DNA of 64,000 bases from Antedon mediterranea (lineage: Eukaryota; Animalia; Echinodermata): the NCBI RefSeq assembly GCF_964355755.1, contig NC_092677.1, positions 14,654,101 through 14,718,100 of the forward strand, in the 5' to 3' direction. Below, one piece after another: positions 40,344 to 53,170 of this stretch. The notes under the pieces are model-generated. The model ran no database searches, was not told the origin of the DNA, and saw only the letters and a list, made by a program, of their open reading frames with translations. The translations under genes and the position numbers were made by a program. Positions within the stretch are counted from its first letter, which is position 1, and each line of letters opens with the position of its first letter.

Positions 40344-43300
40344 TGTCATTCTCATTATCAATCATTTTGATCAAATTAATTATTATTATTTTGACATAAT
40401 AATAATAATAATAAAAATAATAATAATGTCTTTCAAAGCAAAACAACAGTGAATCTACTGCCCTCAAGTTCGAATCTTATTTTAAATTTTCATTTTTTCT
40501 ACAATTTAAACAATTCTTACTCTAGTGTAGTATTTTGAAATAATTCTTCACAATTTTCCTCACAAACTAATTTATTCCTGACGATTTTGAATAAAAAAAA
40601 CTTGATTGAACTGGAACGTAAACACAAGCTTTGCCCGGGCGATGACATGCGAATTCAACGTCAACATTAAGAATCACCAGTCCGAGTACATTTGTAAAGC
40701 AATATCTTAGGATCAGTTCTCCGGGCATTTATAAGTCATCGTGTCGAGTAACTGTCATCTGTAATTCTAAAATAAAAAGATATCTCCTTAAGTAATGTTA
40801 TTATTTCAGAGAGAATAAAATAGCTTAACATTTCTTGATTTAAATTTTTATTAAAATGTATTTTGTGTTGATACCAACTGTAATTATTATATATTAGATA
40901 CATTACTAGAGGTGAATTCTCTGCAATATCTGTATCTTTCTATTTTAAAATAGTTTGCAATAGGTACATACTGTATAATTATTTTCACAACAATTTCTGG
41001 TGTTTGTTCTACAAGAATATATTATTATTATTAAATTGATTCCATTCAATCAATTAAAATAAATGTATAACTTACCTTATTTCTACTAAATACCAAGAAA
41101 TAACAAAATCACAGCCTATGTTTATGGTTAATAAACAAAATAAAAACTTGTGATATGATCAACAATGTGACCAGACCACATTTATTTTGCATATATAGGG
41201 ATGTTGTACATAAATAATGTGAACCTACAATTGATGTTGTGTTAATTGATTTTCGTTTTTTCCTTTACGATTCCAGGAATATACAGTATTCGACTTTAAT
41301 TCAAAATTATAGTTATGATTGAGATAAATGAAGGACACTAAAAAAGATGTTGCTAAAATTGTAGGTTCTTCGATTCATGAGATTTTGAGGGTTTCGAATG
41401 AAGTTGCCCACTCCCCTTTTTCCTAAAGTGCCCTTTTCAAACTAAAGACTATAGGAGCAGTTGATATGGAAGGCCTACTAGCTATACTAATGATGGTTTT
41501 CCCCCGTTTTTGGTAAACTAAAGCACCACTGTACAAATCTCTGCTACAGGCTTGTATATTTGTATTTAGTTTTCGTTAACAAGTTCAAATGGCAATAATA
41601 AAGTACAACTGTAATTTGAAGACAGGAACATCTTTAATTTAAACAAATCATACACATAAGAAATAACAATATTTTCATATTAAACTAATTTTATTACAAT
41701 TTTCACACAGACCTAATAAGTCTACAGAAATAATGGTATAGTTATGATAATTTTCTAAACAAAAGATTGTCCAAAAGATATACAACCATATTTATATATA
41801 TAACACAGGATGCTCCATTTACTTGAACCCCAACGCTAATTATGTGAACTTTGTTTTAAAAACTAATTATTGTCCTATATCAAATGGCTTGTTCATGGTC
41901 ATAAAATACCTTCATCAGCCTTTATTTTTGTAACATTTCCATTTTTATGTTATAATTATGAGGAATGGGATTAGATGTGAACAACTTATTGTCACATTTT
42001 TCTATGGTTGACATAATTCTACATCGTGCCTAGAGACTGCCCTCTGGCCATCAACTTCACAACCCATGCACATAAGTAACGTCAATTCCAGAATTTCATT
42101 GTATGTCCTTTCCCATTGCCATTAGAGAAAAAAAACAATAAATGAAATCCTAGGCATCTGTTGTTTTGCGCACATTCAACATAATTTATTGCTGTTTTAG
42201 CCAGGAAGATTACCCTGCTTCACGTATATTAACGATAAACTATCCCCAGGATATCTCTTATTCGTACACTAGGTACACTCCTCTGTAACCATCTCTCTGG
42301 TCTCTTTCAAATTGTATGCGGATTCACGAAAAGCTATTGCCGTTTTTGTTTTATCCTCGACCTAGCAACAGCGCATTATTATGCTTGTGTTCGGTAACAT
42401 AATGATTCAACCAGCTGCTGGCTTGCTTCTCCCAGAGGCCTAAGTTTGGCTAGCTAACTACACTAAGTGCAGCTCAACGATCCATTGGATCTATTTGTCA
42501 TATTCGTGCCTGAATGCTCGAACCGTAACATAGCCTGTCTTTGTCATCATTATCAATCATTCTTAATGTAGGAAGGCTAGCGTTAGTGTGAAATGTCTAT
42601 GTTTCCCGAGTCGTTTGCACACCGCACAGTAAATGGTGCATAGAATTGCGAAGCATGCCTCGACAGCTTGAAAGCATTTTTGTGGGACATTTGAAGAGGC
42701 ATCAGCCGATTATGGCCACTGCCACTAATTTACTGTTCTATTTCAACAAACATCAAAAGAGATATTAATGCTCTTCGGTGTGCTTTCAGAAATCAATCAA
42801 TTATCAACAAATTCGAAAATAATTTCGGTTAATGACATATGTGCTAAAAATAAAACAAAACCAATAACAAACATTTTTATGACGAATGTTTAGAATTGAA
42901 TTCATCATTTTCTTTGTTCCAGTGTCATTGTGTTAAAAACAATTTGAATCAAGTTTTATACAAAGAATGATGAACATATAGGGTGAGGAATTTAGATCTA
43001 AGTGCCATGGGGACAAATGAGGGACAAATAGGGGTAAATGATTACTTTATGAACAAGAAAATGAGGCTAATTAGATAATAATTTGTAAATGAGGGAAAAA
43101 TATGATTATTGATTTTTACAGTTTTCAAAATTTAGCCTAAGGAATTTCACCCGAAAGATCACCAGCAGGCATGCAGTAGATATAAAAAATAATATGTAAA
43201 TTGCTAATCTATGATGATAATTAAAAATTGAAATTTCCATGTGTATTGGAAAGATTTTAAGGAGCGAAATCACTACTTCACAATATACGTTATTGACGAA

Positions 43301-44503
43301 ACATTAAAAAACCTTGTAGACAACAACATAAATAATTTGTTTTCTTTGCATGTCACTGGATGGACAGGTCAAATAACTGTCAAATGTTTCGCACTTCACT
43401 GCTTTATCTTGAAAAACATCATTTTATTTGCGTATTGTATTTTTATCCCTTCAAAAGTATCATGTATTATTCAAGTTCGCGATAAGGAATAGAATTAAGG
43501 GATTAAGATATAGGAAATCTCTGTTTGAAGTGAAATGTTGTTTACGCAAAGTTATCACTCATTGCGGATCAAGAATTAATGTTCCATGAGAGAACGACTG
43601 TCAGCTGTCATCAGAAACCTGGGAACACTTCAATGCGATTTGTCTACCTCACAAAAACTTGCATCTTGTAACTAACTTCCTCGTTTTATGTCACCTTCTG
43701 TGCCTTTTTCCTAAATTTAATTTATCTTTTTAAATTTTTAAACTGACATTACACTTTATAATATAACACTGCATTAGAATTTGAAAATTATTAAAATTAT
43801 TTGAATGTTTTAATAATTACTCATAGATATATTTCTTAATTTTTCCAAAACATTAACAAATATATTTGATGGGTTGTAAACTTGAGCCAGGTCATGTAGA
43901 CAAAAGTGCTCAATTTTTTTACCTAACTACTTTGGTAAAGGAACATTAGACAAAACTAAAAGTTAAAAAGAACTACACACAAGTCGTATGTCCATAAAAA
44001 AACATTGCCTTTCGTTCTGAAAACAGCTTAGATGCTGAGGTTACTTAGACTCCGTGATTGATTCATATTCTTGTCTCGTGCACCGTGCTTTAATCATCTA
44101 TGGTCTATTACTGTTACTGGGATAACATTGTGAACCGTTGTTAAATGTTAAAAGTCAATATCGGTATCAGTCAAGTCTTAGTGTTAGTAAAACAAATGCT
44201 GGTGATAGCATTGTGATTTGAACTGTTATTTTTTTCATTGGAAAGTATTGTCTATCGCAATTATAGTGTAATCTCCAAGAAGCTCTTGCGTAAGCATTTT
44301 ATTTATTTCGTAATTTGTATGGTTTTAGAGTCTTTTCTGTAAAAGCATATTAATAAATCAAATCAGTATGCCATAGTTTTAAATGTTTCAAGAAACAATG
44401 GATAATCATTTGCTATTTAAATCAGTAACAAAAATGTGACTTTTGATGAGACTCATTATTCCACAAACTAATGTAGATCAAACATTTTGGCTTTTTTATA
44501 ATT

Positions 44504-44659
44504 TGTCTACACTATCAAAATGACAAAAAAAATGTGATATGCCCATATATGAACATGATGATGTCATATCACTACCATATTTGGGCATAACTTCACCATA
44601 TTTGGGCACGTCACACTTTTATATAGTTTTGATTGACACTTTGTGTAGACAGAGCTTTA
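44504..44659. mobile_element. MITE family A, copy 6
   Basis: TGTCTACACTATCAAA...CACTACCATATTTGGGCA repeats...GTGTAGACAGAGCTTTA. Confidence 0.87.
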
Positions 44660-45529
44660 GACAAATTAATGCATCCCCTAAAGCAACCAAAAATAAACTT
44701 AAAATCTTAGTTCAATTGTTGGCAGACTAATGTTTATATCACAATATAAACTAAGCCTGTTAAATTGTATTCTATAGTAGCTTACAATATATTAAATATA
44801 ATAAAAGATGATATCAACAAGTTTTTTGCTAGTTCATGATAGCCCTGAACTGAAAAAGTGGGAAAAAACAGCACTTCCCTTAACCTCAAATACAGCACTT
44901 TATACTATAGCAAATTGTATGCATTTCAGCAGCTTGGAATACAGTGCCACTGTAATTTATTCACACACAATTCAACCATTTTTTTCCTTCGCAGCATAAA
45001 CAGAAAGACAATGTCCTCTTCACCTTGTCTCTTTACAGGCATAAACATATTTCTTGTACTAATATACAACAGCTATAAAAGCTTGATTGAGGGCGACATT
45101 TATGCTTGGAAATGTGCTTATTAAAATCTAGGTGTAAACAATTGAATTGCCTCACTAAAAATGCTGGCCTTAATCAGATAGAAATTGACACATAAAGAGA
45201 AACAAATTTGTTTATAATAACTCACAGTAATTGTAACATGCACATCCTTAGTACAATAGTTCTTCACTTAAAACATAAACACAAATCTAATATTGCCATC
45301 TTTAATAACTAATTTACTTTGTAAAAGGAAATTGATATAATGGTGGTGAGATAATATACAACCATTAAGTACATTGTTATTGAGATTAATATCGTTTGTG
45401 AACTAAAATTCTTATTTTATTGAGGGCTACAAGGAAAAAAAAAAGTAAAATACTGTGGGAAAAGATTAGATTTGGCAATAGAAACATTAGGTCAGGTCAA
45501 CTTGTTTCATCTAATATCTACTATTAATA

Positions 45530-45680
45530 TCTACACAATCAAACTAGTTTGACAAAAAAAAATGTGTGATGTGCCCAAATATGATAGTGATATGCCAAAA
45601 TATGATAGTGGTATGACATCATGTCCATATATGGGCACACTATATTTTTTTGTAAAACTAGTTTGATAGTGCAGACAGAG
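45530..45680. mobile_element. MITE family A, copy 7 (opposite internal orientation to copy 6)
   Basis: TCTACACAATCAAACTAGTTTGAC...AAACTAGTTTGATAGTGCAGACAGAG. Confidence 0.85.
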
Positions 45681-47951
45681 ATTGATTGACCGTAGAAAGA
45701 GTAATAAGAAAACATTTATAATTTTGTCCATCTTCAATAAACTGCATTATCATCATAAATTGGCTTCACCATCATTGACTTCATCACACTCATTTTATAT
45801 TTAAATTTACCAGTTTAATTGACATCTAATTATATAGAAGAATATAAGAATGCAGCTTCATATCTTATTATGTTTTCAATCACTACTAAAAATATACTGC
45901 TTTATAATATCCATTAGTTTACTTTTCAAATGATTGCATTTGAAATTAAAAACAGTTTTAGTTGCCAGGAAATCACAAGAGACACACAATCATTATGAAC
46001 CTTTTGATTCTGTATAGCAAAAGCATTCAACAAGCTACTAAGGTTACTGTGATCCAGAAACAATCCCCGCTTCCAAGCCTGCCTTACAACTATTGATTGT
46101 TTGCGAATGAGAGCAAATCTGCAGAAAATTTGTGTTTAATCGCAGAATGGTTCTGCCACTGTTTTTGTCCTTCTTGTTTACAGGGTTTATGAGTCTTGGT
46201 TAATTTACCGTGGCTTAATTAACTGACAATATAGTCGTGTGTGCTGTTGTATGCCAGTCATTAAGTAACCGGCTTATCTCGACACTGCTACTGTACATAG
46301 ATTCTTTGTTGTTAGATTTTGCACCTCTTTAAAGTACCGACAATTGTTTTCCTGTTATTCTTGTTTTTGTATATTGTAGTCATTTGAGAAGTCTTTTAGG
46401 TTTAAACCTATGAAGCATAAATAATATAAATCTTAATGTATACTGTGTTTATATTGCATATAAAATAATTACTAAACTCTTCTTTGTATGCATGATCATA
46501 CTTTTTTTCCAAGTACATTTTTTATTAATGTTATTCTATTCTATTTTCTCACATTAAAAATAAAGTTAAAAATTTAAATAATTGGACATTTTGTCCAACA
46601 GACAGCATCATTTTATTAAACATGTAATATAAAAAAGGGAAAGCTGTTTCAGAATATGAATAAGGTAAATTATAAAACAAATATAAACATTGCATTCAAT
46701 CATTTAGGCTATTTTCAAGGAATGAAATAAATTTTAATAATACCATGGATTCTACTAAGCCCTGGAAAGAAATCCCCCAAAGAAATATTTAAACGCAAGT
46801 TCAGTTTCAGTTGTACAATGCACTTAGTAAATGCTCTTAACCAAATACCTGTTTGAAGGAAAAGAAATACTTGTCATTCTATAAGCGATGGAAAAAGTTG
46901 CACCACAGCCACCTCAATAAAACGCAATTAACAAAGAGCTAAATCACATGAACTACGGCCATTAGCACACAGAAGGTTAACAGACTGTCTCATATGTTAG
47001 GCTTTCTCCTACACATATTATGCCATCAACGACTTGGAAAACACACTTCGATTCCGCGGGTATGACAAAAACAAATTAAAATGACCGACTGGCGCGCTCA
47101 TTTCAGATTTCAATGCCGACGTCACAATGGTGCGGTGATATATCTATGCCGTTTATGTTTAAATTCTTTACTTACGGCTCTGAAGCAATTAGATAGATTG
47201 TTTGTGACAAGTTTACCTAAAGAACCTGAGAGCCTCTCTAACATTGGCTTGCCTACCTACTGACTTTGTAGTCTGCCCGTTGTTCGATTGATGACACCTA
47301 GTGAAAATATATTGAATGAGACATCAAGATATTTGACTGATTTCTATATTAAGGAATCTATGTCAACATTACTAAGCGATTTCTGATCATTTACATCCCA
47401 TTATTAATTGTTTACATCTTTTCTACGTAACTAATTATTTCTCTTTTTATTCTATACCAATGTTGGAACAAATTCAATGCACTAGCACAAACAATTTCAC
47501 CACTTATGATATCATTTTTTAGTAAATAATATACAAAAAAAATACTCTATACTGTTCAAAATATTTCATCATATTTGTTTTATTTATTTATTATTCTATT
47601 TCTCTGTCATTTTTTTCTTTTTTTCTTCTATTTCTTGACAATATCTCATTTACGTAATTGCATTTGCATTTTTTTTTTAAATATCTGTTCTAAATATTTT
47701 TTTATATTATAATATGTTTATGAAAGTTAAAAAACACACATCAGCAACTTTTCCACCTAATTTATATAGAAACTGAAACAAACAGAAGGAAGAAAAGCAG
47801 AACAGATTGTACTTTTAATAAGTGAATAAAAAGTATATAAACAATGATCTAAATAACAGAAAAATAATTTCTTTGTAGAAAATTTTTTTAAATTATAAAT
47901 TCAACATAATATATTGTTTGAAGGTTTGCATAGCGAACTCAAATGTGTATA

Positions 47952-48148
47952 TAAAGTTTGCGGTACACCACGTATATTAGTTCTGAAAAAAACTGTTTCT
48001 CGACGTTTTCGATCAAAATGCTCAGGTGTGAGAAATTTATTTAACTCCAATTGTCACTCCTGAGGACGATCAAAGCATATTGATCGAATTGTTGAGAAAC
48101 ACAACAGTTCTTTTCAGAACTAATATATGTGGTGTACCGCAAAATTTA
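47952..48148. mobile_element. Inverted pair of Penelope-like terminal fragments with decayed hammerhead-type motif
   Basis: Inverted arms of ~80-95 bp (TTTGCGGTACACCAC.TATATTAGTTCTGAAAA / TTTTCAGAACTAATATA.GTGGTGTACCGCAAA). CTGAGGA (48060-48066) is followed by the CGATCAA/TTGATCG stem and then GAA. Confidence 0.55.
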
Positions 48149-51019
48149 AGATATTTATGTATTATCTTATTATGAAATATGTCATAAAAAACCATACAAT
48201 AAAATAAGTTTTATATTACTGAGAAAATGTTATATGTTAGGTAATCTTCATATCTGTATATGAAGATAGATAGGACATTATTTATTTAAAGCTTTATTAG
48301 ATACTTCATTATTTATTTAACTCCAAAATGAAAAAACTTCTCAAAAAATGTTTTGTTATTAATTTTGCATTCTGTATGCTTTGAATGGTTTAAATGTTTA
48401 ATACAATTAAAAAGTGCTTAGACCTTTTGACAAAAGTGGAATAAAAGACTATAACACAGCTTTTATACACATCAACAATGTAAAACCTGTTACTGTTCAA
48501 TATCAAAGTGAATACTGGAGTTGCCGGTCCAATAAAGTAGTTTTTATTGTTTTTTTCTTACAACATGATTCTTGATTTGTTTTTCTTAGATAATAAGGAA
48601 GGAAGTGTTTTCCCATGGAAAAAAAGTTATGTAAACATCATAAAATTAAATGTACATTATATGTTAAGAACTAGCCAGCCAATATTGTCTCTTCCTAATA
48701 AAAGGTATTGGTTTTAGTGTGATAAACAACCATGAATAATTTTAAATATTAAAGGTTTGAGTGGAAATTATCAAAACTTGCGTAAAGAGTGCATTTACCT
48801 TCATGAAAAAGGTTCTTAAAATTCTGAATATATTTTTCACTGATTTCATTGTTCATTTCATTTATTTCTCCATTTTCAAATTACAAAAAAATAAAATGAT
48901 CAAAAGATTAATATAAATGATTACTTCTTGCCTCCCCATAATAGATGGAGGATCTCCAAAAGCCAAAATAAAATGCTGTTGCTTCAAGAATTTATGGGGA
49001 GGCAGAAAGTTTTAAAACTATTCAACAAGTTTTCATTTTCACAGAATCAATAACACAAACTATACAGTACTTTTAGCATTCCACGAATTTCCTGGATTGA
49101 CTCTCTATCAGTTCGTAATAACTTAAGCCAAATAATAAATTCTAACAACAAACAAAAACATTTACAATGCTATATTTTGATATAATTCAAAGTAGTTCAT
49201 AACAACATAAAGTATTAATAAATTATACTGTAGTGTATGTTTAAACTTTATAGGCCTACTTGACAGTTTACATTCACTCAAAATGGAGATTCCAAGACAA
49301 AAATAGCATTTTTAGAAAACATGCTATAGTATGATACAATTAAAAGTTAAAATAAAATTGAGATAAGTGGTTTTAATATAAAAAAATTAAATACAGGTTT
49401 ATGAACTTTACTTACATACATTTAACTTTAGTATGGGACAAAGAAATCACAGACAAATTAAATTCTATGGTATAATCTGTTGTATTGTTTATATTATAAA
49501 GTTTGCTTTTAGTGACTGAAATAAGAGAATGAAATGGGATAAATACAATGCTTTCATTAGTCTATTGTAAGTAAAATTGTAACAATAGTCTCTTTGTATT
49601 GAACAATAATAGACAGTAATATACACATACTCTATTTGCTTTAGAAGTTTTTGTTGTACGCTTCATTGAACTTGTAAAAGCCCTCGTAAAGGCAAGTGAA
49701 GACTGTGCGTGCTGATTTTGATCATTCGCATAAGTATGTTTTAAGTGCAGTTTAATATATTTCATTTCAAATATATATATTTCAATTTATTTTTAAATGA
49801 TTTCAAAGTGGCTTTTTATCTTCCGTCTTTTTGTACGTTTGGGATGCTCATTTGAAGATATCCAATTTCTGATATTTTTCTTTGTACTTTAATGTCTTTT
49901 ATTCAAAGTCAAGTGGCATTGAATGAGCAGACTAATCATTTGGGATTTCGATAGAATAATTCACAAGATATGTGTGCATTTGTATTGCCCTGTTGACATT
50001 TGCACGCATTTTGGTTTGCACTGAATTCCATTTAATGGCGTATATATGCATTACCACACCTATATTATGAATAGACAAAATTCGAAAAAACACTAGGACA
50101 ACTTTTGTACGTATTGTACCTCCACCTTCTTCCATATATTCCATGCATTATGTCTTCTAAATTTGTGCAACATTTAGAGATCATTTATGACTACAGTATT
50201 TGCATTGATCACTGGTCTGTTGTGAGAAGCAGTCAATGCGCAAACTGGTATTTTTGCATTTCTCGAATAAACTGCCAAGGCAATGGTTTACACAAGTTAC
50301 GCATAGCAGACAAAAAATGGAAAAACTAACATTTTAGAGAACTTACCTTGATTTTATTTCATTCTCTGTTTTAATATATGCAATATTTTCATTTATCTGT
50401 ACAGTACAATTTTAAATATATAATATGTATTATGTATCACTAATTATTTTATCAATGATTCTATTATAGCTTCATCTGTATAGAGTCTATTTACCTTTAT
50501 GCCAAATATGTATCTACTGTATATCGTTTTAAAAATGACAGAATTATTTATACAATTATAAATTTAAAATGAGAAGAAATTACAATAAAGGTGGGTGATT
50601 CACATGAAAGATGAAAAAAAAGTTACGCATATTCGTTTATTCGTTTACGAAATTTGTAATGTGTACCCGTTGACAGTGTTTGCACATATTTTTTTGTACC
50701 TCCTGACTTCTTCACAATATACCATGCAGTTCCAAAGCATTTTAAAGATCTGGAGATATTCAGGGTTTTCTCAATTATAAACTCCTTCATAACAGTGTGG
50801 AAACAAATTATTTTGTTTTACATTTCATTTAAACTTTTTTAAATGTAACCTTTTTTTTGGTAATATATTAATGTGTTTTTTTTTCTTTCTTTTTTATGTG
50901 ATGACTTCACTCATCTTGTCAATTTTCAGGTAAGATTTTGATAATTTGTTTAGAATGTTTAGAATAACACTATAGTAATTATAAAGCAGTATAATTATGC
51001 ACAAAAGTCATATGTGTAT

Positions 51020-51049
51020 GTATAAGCATAGAGATCTCTATGGTATAAG
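51020..51049. mobile_element. Putative P-superfamily excision footprint (16-bp palindrome between 7-bp direct repeats)
   Basis: GTATAAG-CATAGAGATCTCTATG-GTATAAG. Confidence 0.65.
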
Positions 51050-52817
51050 TAGGGAATTGGTGGTAGGTTCCATTTGTTAAAAAGATCCTAAAGTAAAATA
51101 TGTAAACATATACAAGTAAATTATTAAGATTTTTCTCTTAAAATCTTTAAAAACATATAAAAGTAAATCTTTATAAAAAACATTATAAAGATTTTTCTAC
51201 TTGAAATAACAGAATATTTATACATTATATATTATATATTGTATAAACTGCTAATTTATTTATATAAACACAGTTTATTTATTATTGGTAACTATCATAT
51301 TCATATGATCATAGGTAGCTTTTAAGAACCATCAATCAAAAATGGTTTGCTAGGTTACAATTTATGATTGACAAGCAGTCAGTCATATCTACCAAAATAC
51401 AGCAACTTTATATTGCCATGATTCTGTTAGCTGTACTCCTGTATGCCAACTGATGATGCTTAGGCTTGGTTGGGCTTTCCCCACTTATGGTCACTGATTG
51501 TGATTACGGTAGCAGTACAAACAGTATTAAATTATATTGGATTATTTCAGAAATAACTAATTTATATATTATTCCATAGAGATATTATAGTTTTCACTAT
51601 AATATCTCTATGATTATTCATATAGCTGAATTTTCTTTTTGTTACTTTTTCATATTTATTATTATTCAAATCTAGGTTAATTGAATAGCGCCATCTACAA
51701 ACAAACATAACATATTTATTACCTGTGTTTACCAATGACAGAGAGATTTGCATGCATAGCATAATTTTCTTTTCATAATTACATGTTTGTACAATAATTG
51801 TTTGTGTTATCAATGTTGTTAAATTGAAGTGACTGCCAAAAAAAACTTTGAAATCCATGCAACAACAAATAACTATTTAGATACAAGATCATTCATATGA
51901 TAAACATTTTCACTATCATTATCACATGCAGGATCCGCCCCTGTAATGGTTGTGATAGCATAGGTATTTATAGAAAGGTACTGTATATCAACATATTGAA
52001 GACATTGCGCGAGTTGCGGAAATTTCCCAATACAAATTGATTGTAGATAATTTATTTCAAGTGGCCAATCAACATTTTCACTTTATTTAAACAAAGTTCC
52101 TTGTACTTTCGAAGGTCAGCAATAAAATTGTTTAAATCTAGGTTGATAAATATGCAGTTTGCCGCTGACCTAAGTCTGTTTAAAAAATTATTTTGGGACA
52201 CATTGTAATAATCTAATAGAAGACCATATTGCTTGTTCTCTATGAAATGAAAAGAGAATTTAAAATCGTCGCCAGCTGGTTGTGAAGTTGGAAATGTAGT
52301 TTGATTTAGTAGACTGTTTGATGTTAATGACAGTAAAAAGCATCTTGCCTGCCCCAGTGTGTCACCAATGTACTTACTGGGATTAGAGAGAATCATTAGA
52401 ATTATAAGGTTAATTTTAAATATACATGTAAACAAATCTATCTGACATTTATTGCTATTTAAATGTTTAAAATATTCACGAGATTTGATATATTTTTAAA
52501 AGATCAATATATTAAAATCGTTAATAAAATAAAGCAATTTAAGATCACGCGTTTAAATAAATTTATTTTTCAATAGATTAAAAAACAAAATAAATTTTAA
52601 AAACTTTTACTGTACAGGTTTTGAAGAAATAAGTTATTTAGGCCTAATTACAGTATATTTTTATATGGTAAGGTTGCATCTGTACAAACAACTGTAAAAT
52701 TGTTACATTTTATATGATTTCAATTCGTTTGATCACTATCAACCTAAACATTAGATAGATGGTTTGTTTTGTCCTCCAGTAAATCTATAAGTTAGCATTC
52801 TCTCTGTTGTTGGGTTA

Positions 52818-52903
52818 CTTAAACCATGGAGGTATACCTCCATGCTTGAACAATGGAGAACTTATTTCTCCATGTTTGAATCATAGAGCATCCATGCCTA
52901 AAT
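52818..52903. mobile_element. Array of three putative P-superfamily footprints sharing one 7-bp target
   Basis: CTTAAAC-CATGGAGGTATACCTCCATG-CTTGAAC-AATGGAGAACTTATTTCTCCATG-TTTGAAT-CATAGAGCATCCATG-CCTAAAT. Confidence 0.6.
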
Positions 52904-53140
52904 AGTATTCCAGCAGTGATAATTACTGACATTACAAGTGTTTATCAAGAACAGCAAGGTTGCTTATAGAATTAGCAAACCAGTAGAGTTTCCTAAACAG
53001 TAAAATCCCCTTTACACTGAAACATTGTAAATCCAAAAATGTTGAAATTGGTAATTGAAACAATTCATATTTGATTCCTATAGATAGCTAGTAAAGATAA
53101 CAGTAAGAGAATCATAAGCTATTGCAGTAAACAAAATATA

Positions 53141-53170
53141 GTTATTCCATTCTTTACTCCATGGTTATTC
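53141..53170. mobile_element. Putative asymmetric P-superfamily footprint
   Basis: GTTATTC-CATTCTTTACTCCATG-GTTATTC. Confidence 0.45.

Noticed and set aside
52052-52435. 127-aa minus-strand ORF, the longest non-repeat ORF in the track
   Set aside because: Non-ATG start, AT-biased composition and no recognisable motif; consistent with chance.
52818-52903. CRISPR array
   Set aside because: The repeats are only 7 bp and the palindromes are in the spacers; no cas genes. A transposon-footprint explanation fits better.
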